DNA of 64,000 nucleotides from a bacterium (GTDB lineage Bacteria; Patescibacteriota; Dojkabacteria; JAKAPS01; JAJZLI01): NCBI GenBank assembly GCA_021810605.1, contig JAJZIL010000003.1, positions 214 to 64,213 of the forward strand, read 5' to 3'. Shown piece by piece: positions 60,722 to 64,000 of this stretch (position 1 is its first letter; each line of letters starts with the position of its first letter). The notes under the pieces were generated by a model. It saw only the letters and a program-made list of their open reading frames with translations, ran no database searches and was not told where the DNA came from. The position numbers and the translations under genes were made by a program.

Positions 60722-62296
60722 CTATTCTACAATAGTATGTGTATCTGTAGTTCTTAGAGGTATTTCTTTTATAAAAAATACAAATATTATAGATATTACA
60801 ATAACTATTGCTGAAAACAATAAGATATTTCCAATAGATGCAGTTAAAGACTTATATACAGAAGAAGTAATTTCATTTACATATTTAATTAAATATGAAG
60901 GTAGATTTTTAGGAGCAGATACATTAGTTGTAAATGATCCACCAGAAGTAGTCAAAGAATTTTTTATAGTTTCATACTTATTAGAGAAAACCTTAGGTAG
61001 ATTAGCTGGTTTATTTTTATTAAACTGAGATATCAAAGAATTATTCAAAATTGCACCCATTGCAGCTAGACCTACTGCTGATGCAATATTCCTAGAAAAT
61101 TGAATCATACCTGTAACAAGTCCAACCTCACTAGCATTAAAGAAGTTTTGAGCAACAATTGTAAGAATTGGTAGCAATACTCCTAAACCTACACCAGTTA
61201 TAAACATATACACGCTATAAAGATATATATTAATATTTACTGATACAGTTGAAAGTAGGAAAAACCCTATACTAGCAACAATAGCACCTGCTAGTACTAA
61301 TAATTTATATTTCCCAAATTTAGTTAAAATTAATCCTCCCCCAATTGAAGTCAATATTAAACCTGCAACTAGAGATATAAGATAGACACCTGAAAGAGTT
61401 GGAGATGCACCTCTCACATATTGAAAATATATAGGAAGATAGACAACTCCACCTAGAAATCCAAATGAAGTTAAAAAAGCTACAATATTAACCATTACAA
61501 AAGACCTATTTTTAAATAAGTGTAGTGGTAATAGAGGATATTTTGCTTTTGTTTGATAATATATAAAAGCAATAAGAAATATTATAAAGGTAGATGATAG
61601 TAAATACTCTTGCATGGATGCCCAAGCAAATAAGGATCCTCCAAAGATTAATGCTGAAACCAAAGCCACTATGGATATTGAGAAGAGTAATATTCCCAAA
61701 TAATCAACTTTTTCATCCTTTTCTAATTTTATATTTGGATATTCAGTATAAAGAAGAATAAAGGCTACAATACCAACTGGAACATTTAGATAAAATATCC
61801 ATTGCCATGAAAAAGTTGAAGTAATATATCCTCCAACTAAAGGACCTACAACTGAAGCAATACCAAAACTAGAAGCTATAATACCCTGCCATTTTCCTCT
61901 CTCTCTAGGAGTAAAGAGATCCCCAATAGATGCAAAGGCAAGAGAAGTTAAAGCTCCTCCTCCAATACCTTGAAATGCTCTAAATATGATAAGCTGAGTA
62001 ATATTATGTGAAAGACCAGATAGCATTGATCCTAGAACAAAAATAGCAATAGCATATAAATAGAAAACTTTCCTTCCATATATATCTGAAAGCCTACCTA
62101 CAACAAGTATAGATATTGTTGAGGTAAGTATATATGATGCATATATCCAAGCAAGTACATTAAAACCTCCTAAATCTTTTAATATTGTAGGTAAAGCAGT
62201 AGCTACAATAGTTTGATCTAATGCAGACATGAACATAGAGATAAGAATTGCTGCCATTAAAAATTTTAATCTTCCTGGTTTTATATGTTGTTGCAT
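60722..62296 (-). CDS. MFS drug:H+ antiporter (DHA2/EmrB-like, 14 TMS)
   Basis: About 14 predicted TM helices; GRLSDIYGRK motif; size 524 aa. Confidence 0.75.
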   Translation of the reverse strand: MQQHIKPGRLKFLMAAILISMFMSALDQTIVATALPTILKDLGGFNVLAWIYASYILTSTISILVVGRLSDIYGRKVFYLYAIAIFVLGSMLSGLSHNITQLIIFRAFQGIGGGALTSLAFASIGDLFTPRERGKWQGIIASSFGIASVVGPLVGGYITSTFSWQWIFYLNVPVGIVAFILLYTEYPNIKLEKDEKVDYLGILLFSISIVALVSALIFGGSLFAWASMQEYLLSSTFIIFLIAFIYYQTKAKYPLLPLHLFKNRSFVMVNIVAFLTSFGFLGGVVYLPIYFQYVRGASPTLSGVYLISLVAGLILTSIGGGLILTKFGKYKLLVLAGAIVASIGFFLLSTVSVNINIYLYSVYMFITGVGLGVLLPILTIVAQNFFNASEVGLVTGMIQFSRNIASAVGLAAMGAILNNSLISQFNKNKPANLPKVFSNKYETIKNSLTTSGGSFTTNVSAPKNLPSYLIKYVNEITSSVYKSLTASIGNILLFSAIVIVISIIFVFFIKEIPLRTTDTHTIVE

Positions 62297-62404
62297 AATA
62301 TTTTTAATAATTTAAAAAATGGATTTACAAATAATTAACCTAACTAAGTATTAGGTATCCTAATCATTGTATACCATACTTATTTTATCTGTCAAGTAAG
62401 ATAA

Positions 62405-63091
62405 TTATAAATTATCCATTATTTTCTGATAAGCATCATTAAGTTTTTTAAAATCTGTATCATCATTATTCCCTGTAAAATCAGGATGCAATTTTCTTGC
62501 CTTCTCCCTAAATGCTTTTCTTACATCATCTCTACTTGCATTGCTCTGTAATCCTAATTGTTTATATGAATCAGCTAAATAATCTTCACTACTACTAGTA
62601 GTATTTTTACTGTTATTAGAATCCTCTCTAAAATCCTTAAATGATTTATATAAATTAAATATTATTTCATTTGAAAATGCAAAATTTACTGATATTTTTT
62701 TTTGAAAATCTCCATATGATGAGCTCGATTTAAACATTGCTATAATAGCATCATAATTCTCTATTATTATCTCCTCTACCTTTGCATTTTGATCAATTAT
62801 TCTCTTTACTCTTAAATAATAATTTGAAAGATCTTTAAAAAAATTAATTCCACCTATAAAAAAAGCTATAATTATATATATATAATCTTGTGAGAAAAAA
62901 GTTATCCATCCACCCAAAGTCAAGAACAAAGAATTATAAAAAAGGTTTTCCAGTACCATAGTTCTATACTGCTCAGATTTAAGTTTTGATTCCTTTTTTG
63001 GAGATAGATATAAAACTAACGATATAAAACTAGGAACTATTGCTAATGCTAAATATATAAAAAATTGTGAAGTGGCATTAGATATTACCAT
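62405..63091 (-). CDS. membrane protein with C-terminal J domain (DnaJ-like)
   Basis: N-terminal TM helices; C-terminal SYKQLGL...VRKAFREKARKLHPDF with the HPD tripeptide. Confidence 0.55.
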   Translation of the reverse strand: MVISNATSQFFIYLALAIVPSFISLVLYLSPKKESKLKSEQYRTMVLENLFYNSLFLTLGGWITFFSQDYIYIIIAFFIGGINFFKDLSNYYLRVKRIIDQNAKVEEIIIENYDAIIAMFKSSSSYGDFQKKISVNFAFSNEIIFNLYKSFKDFREDSNNSKNTTSSSEDYLADSYKQLGLQSNASRDDVRKAFREKARKLHPDFTGNNDDTDFKKLNDAYQKIMDNL

Positions 63092-63365
63092 ATATATTAT
63101 TATATCAAATATATATTATATTTATATAACAATTACAAACACAAAAAGAGATAAAACTAGAAGTGTAAGATATAGAGTATATACTAAAATACTAAGAAAA
63201 ATTAAATCAGAAAATATAAATATTTTTTTTATTAACAATAATCCTATCAAAAATTCAATTTTACCTATACAAATTTATATTTTTATAATTATCCAGATAT
63301 TTATAATAGCATTTATAGTCTCGTATACTATTTATGATATATTTAAGTGATGGTATTGTATTATT

Positions 63366-63439
63366 TGACCCTGGCGGGATTCGAACCCGCGATTTCCAGG
63401 ATGAAAACCTGATGTCCTAGGCCACTAGACGACAGGGCC
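63366..63439 (-). tRNA. tRNA-Glu (anticodon UUC)
   Basis: GGCCCTGTCGTCTAGTGGCCTAGGAC; anticodon stem TCAGG/CCTGG; loop TTTTCAT; T-loop TTCGAAT. Confidence 0.75.
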
Positions 63440-63623
63440 AAATATAAGAAGAATATAACAAATATAAGGTATATTTGCAAATAAAATTATATTAAGTAAA
63501 TAGTTTTACAGTATAGGATAAACCATTAAAATATTCAGTTGTAAAAGCAAAAGATGACAATTGAGTTTAGAAGGAAATTAGTATACAATAAATTAACGTT
63601 CTTCATAAAAAGATTAAAGAGAA

Positions 63624-64000
63624 ATGAAAAATCAAACAATAGAAATTTCAACCAAAACAATACTTACAGTTATTGGTATCATAGTTCTCTTGTTCTTACT
63701 ATTCAAGATAGCTACAATATTTGTTTTGATATTTATGTCATTTATATTAATGTCAGCTACTAATCCCATTGTTGTTTGGTTTGAAAATAAGGGTATACCA
63801 AAAGGGTTTTCAGTATTTATTACAATACTACTCATGATACTGGTAATAATATTAATATTTTTTGTAACAGTTACCCCTATAACTTCCCAACTTAATAGTA
63901 TTGCTGTATCAATAGAAAATTTACCATCAAAAATAATAAATATATTTCCTTTTCTAAAAACTCAATTTCATCTTAATGCAATTGTTCTAAAATCAAATAT
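63624..64000 (+). CDS. AI-2E family (PerM-like) transporter, 5' partial (continues beyond the window)
   Basis: MKNQTIEISTKTILTVIGIIVLLFLLFKIATIFVLIFMSFILMSATNPIVVWFENKGIPKG...; N-terminal architecture typical of AI-2E transporters; no stop within the window. Confidence 0.5.
   Translation, partial: MKNQTIEISTKTILTVIGIIVLLFLLFKIATIFVLIFMSFILMSATNPIVVWFENKGIPKGFSVFITILLMILVIILIFFVTVTPITSQLNSIAVSIENLPSKIINIFPFLKTQFHLNAIVLKSN

Noticed and set aside
63072-63350. 92-aa plus-strand ORF
   Set aside because: It is an extreme Ile/Tyr/Asn low-complexity translation of AT-rich intergenic DNA between the J-domain gene and tRNA-Glu, with no RBS and no features.
63554-63835. Two overlapping short ORFs (plus 63554..63763, minus 63632..63835)
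   Set aside because: They overlap the much better supported plus-strand AI-2E transporter ORF that starts at 63624 and runs off the window.
1-64000. CRISPR arrays, rRNA genes and IS elements with terminal inverted repeats
   Set aside because: No regularly spaced short direct repeats, no rRNA-like GC-rich conserved blocks and no transposase-like ORF were seen. The repeats present are the att-like direct repeats and operator palindromes described above.

Overview
This is a very AT-rich bacterial chromosomal window read under the standard genetic code (TGG Trp; long ORFs ending at TGA, TAA or TAG). Housekeeping genes are present: a MacAB-like efflux system, SecG, an OppA-like solute-binding protein, a six-gene tRNA array, iPGM, a FemAB protein, ParAB, two tandem signal peptidase I genes, MtgA, Cfa, MarR with MFS and ABC-2 efflux, and tRNA-Lys, Leu, Pro and Glu. 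The interesting content lies at about 11.7-27.4 kb. Three small precursor-peptide genes sit there on the minus strand, all sharing a conserved upstream 16-nt palindrome, 5'UTR, Shine-Dalgarno and 'MET/MEI-L' N-terminus. Each is attached to different RiPP-type maturation machinery: two graspetide-like clusters built on microviridin-type ATP-grasp ligases, and one minimal TOMM cluster (YcaO, SagB-like dehydrogenase, S9 prolyl oligopeptidase) with a Cys/Ser-rich core peptide. A fourth copy of the operator precedes a nucleotidyltransferase gene. Downstream, from about 21 to 37.8 kb up to the tRNA-Gln end of the tRNA array, the sequence looks like an accessory island. It holds a Type III R-M system (mod and res overlapping in ATGA), a zinc-ribbon/HNH nuclease pair, several disrupted genes (ABC-F, histidine phosphatase, an NDK-like gene, and a SEC-C protein with an in-frame amber), and direct repeats including a duplicated gene 5' fragment abutting tRNA-Gln. 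A second small island carrying Mrr is flanked by 61-bp direct repeats starting inside the 3' end of tRNA-Pro. A PEP-synthase-like protein has its phospho-carrier histidine replaced by tyrosine.
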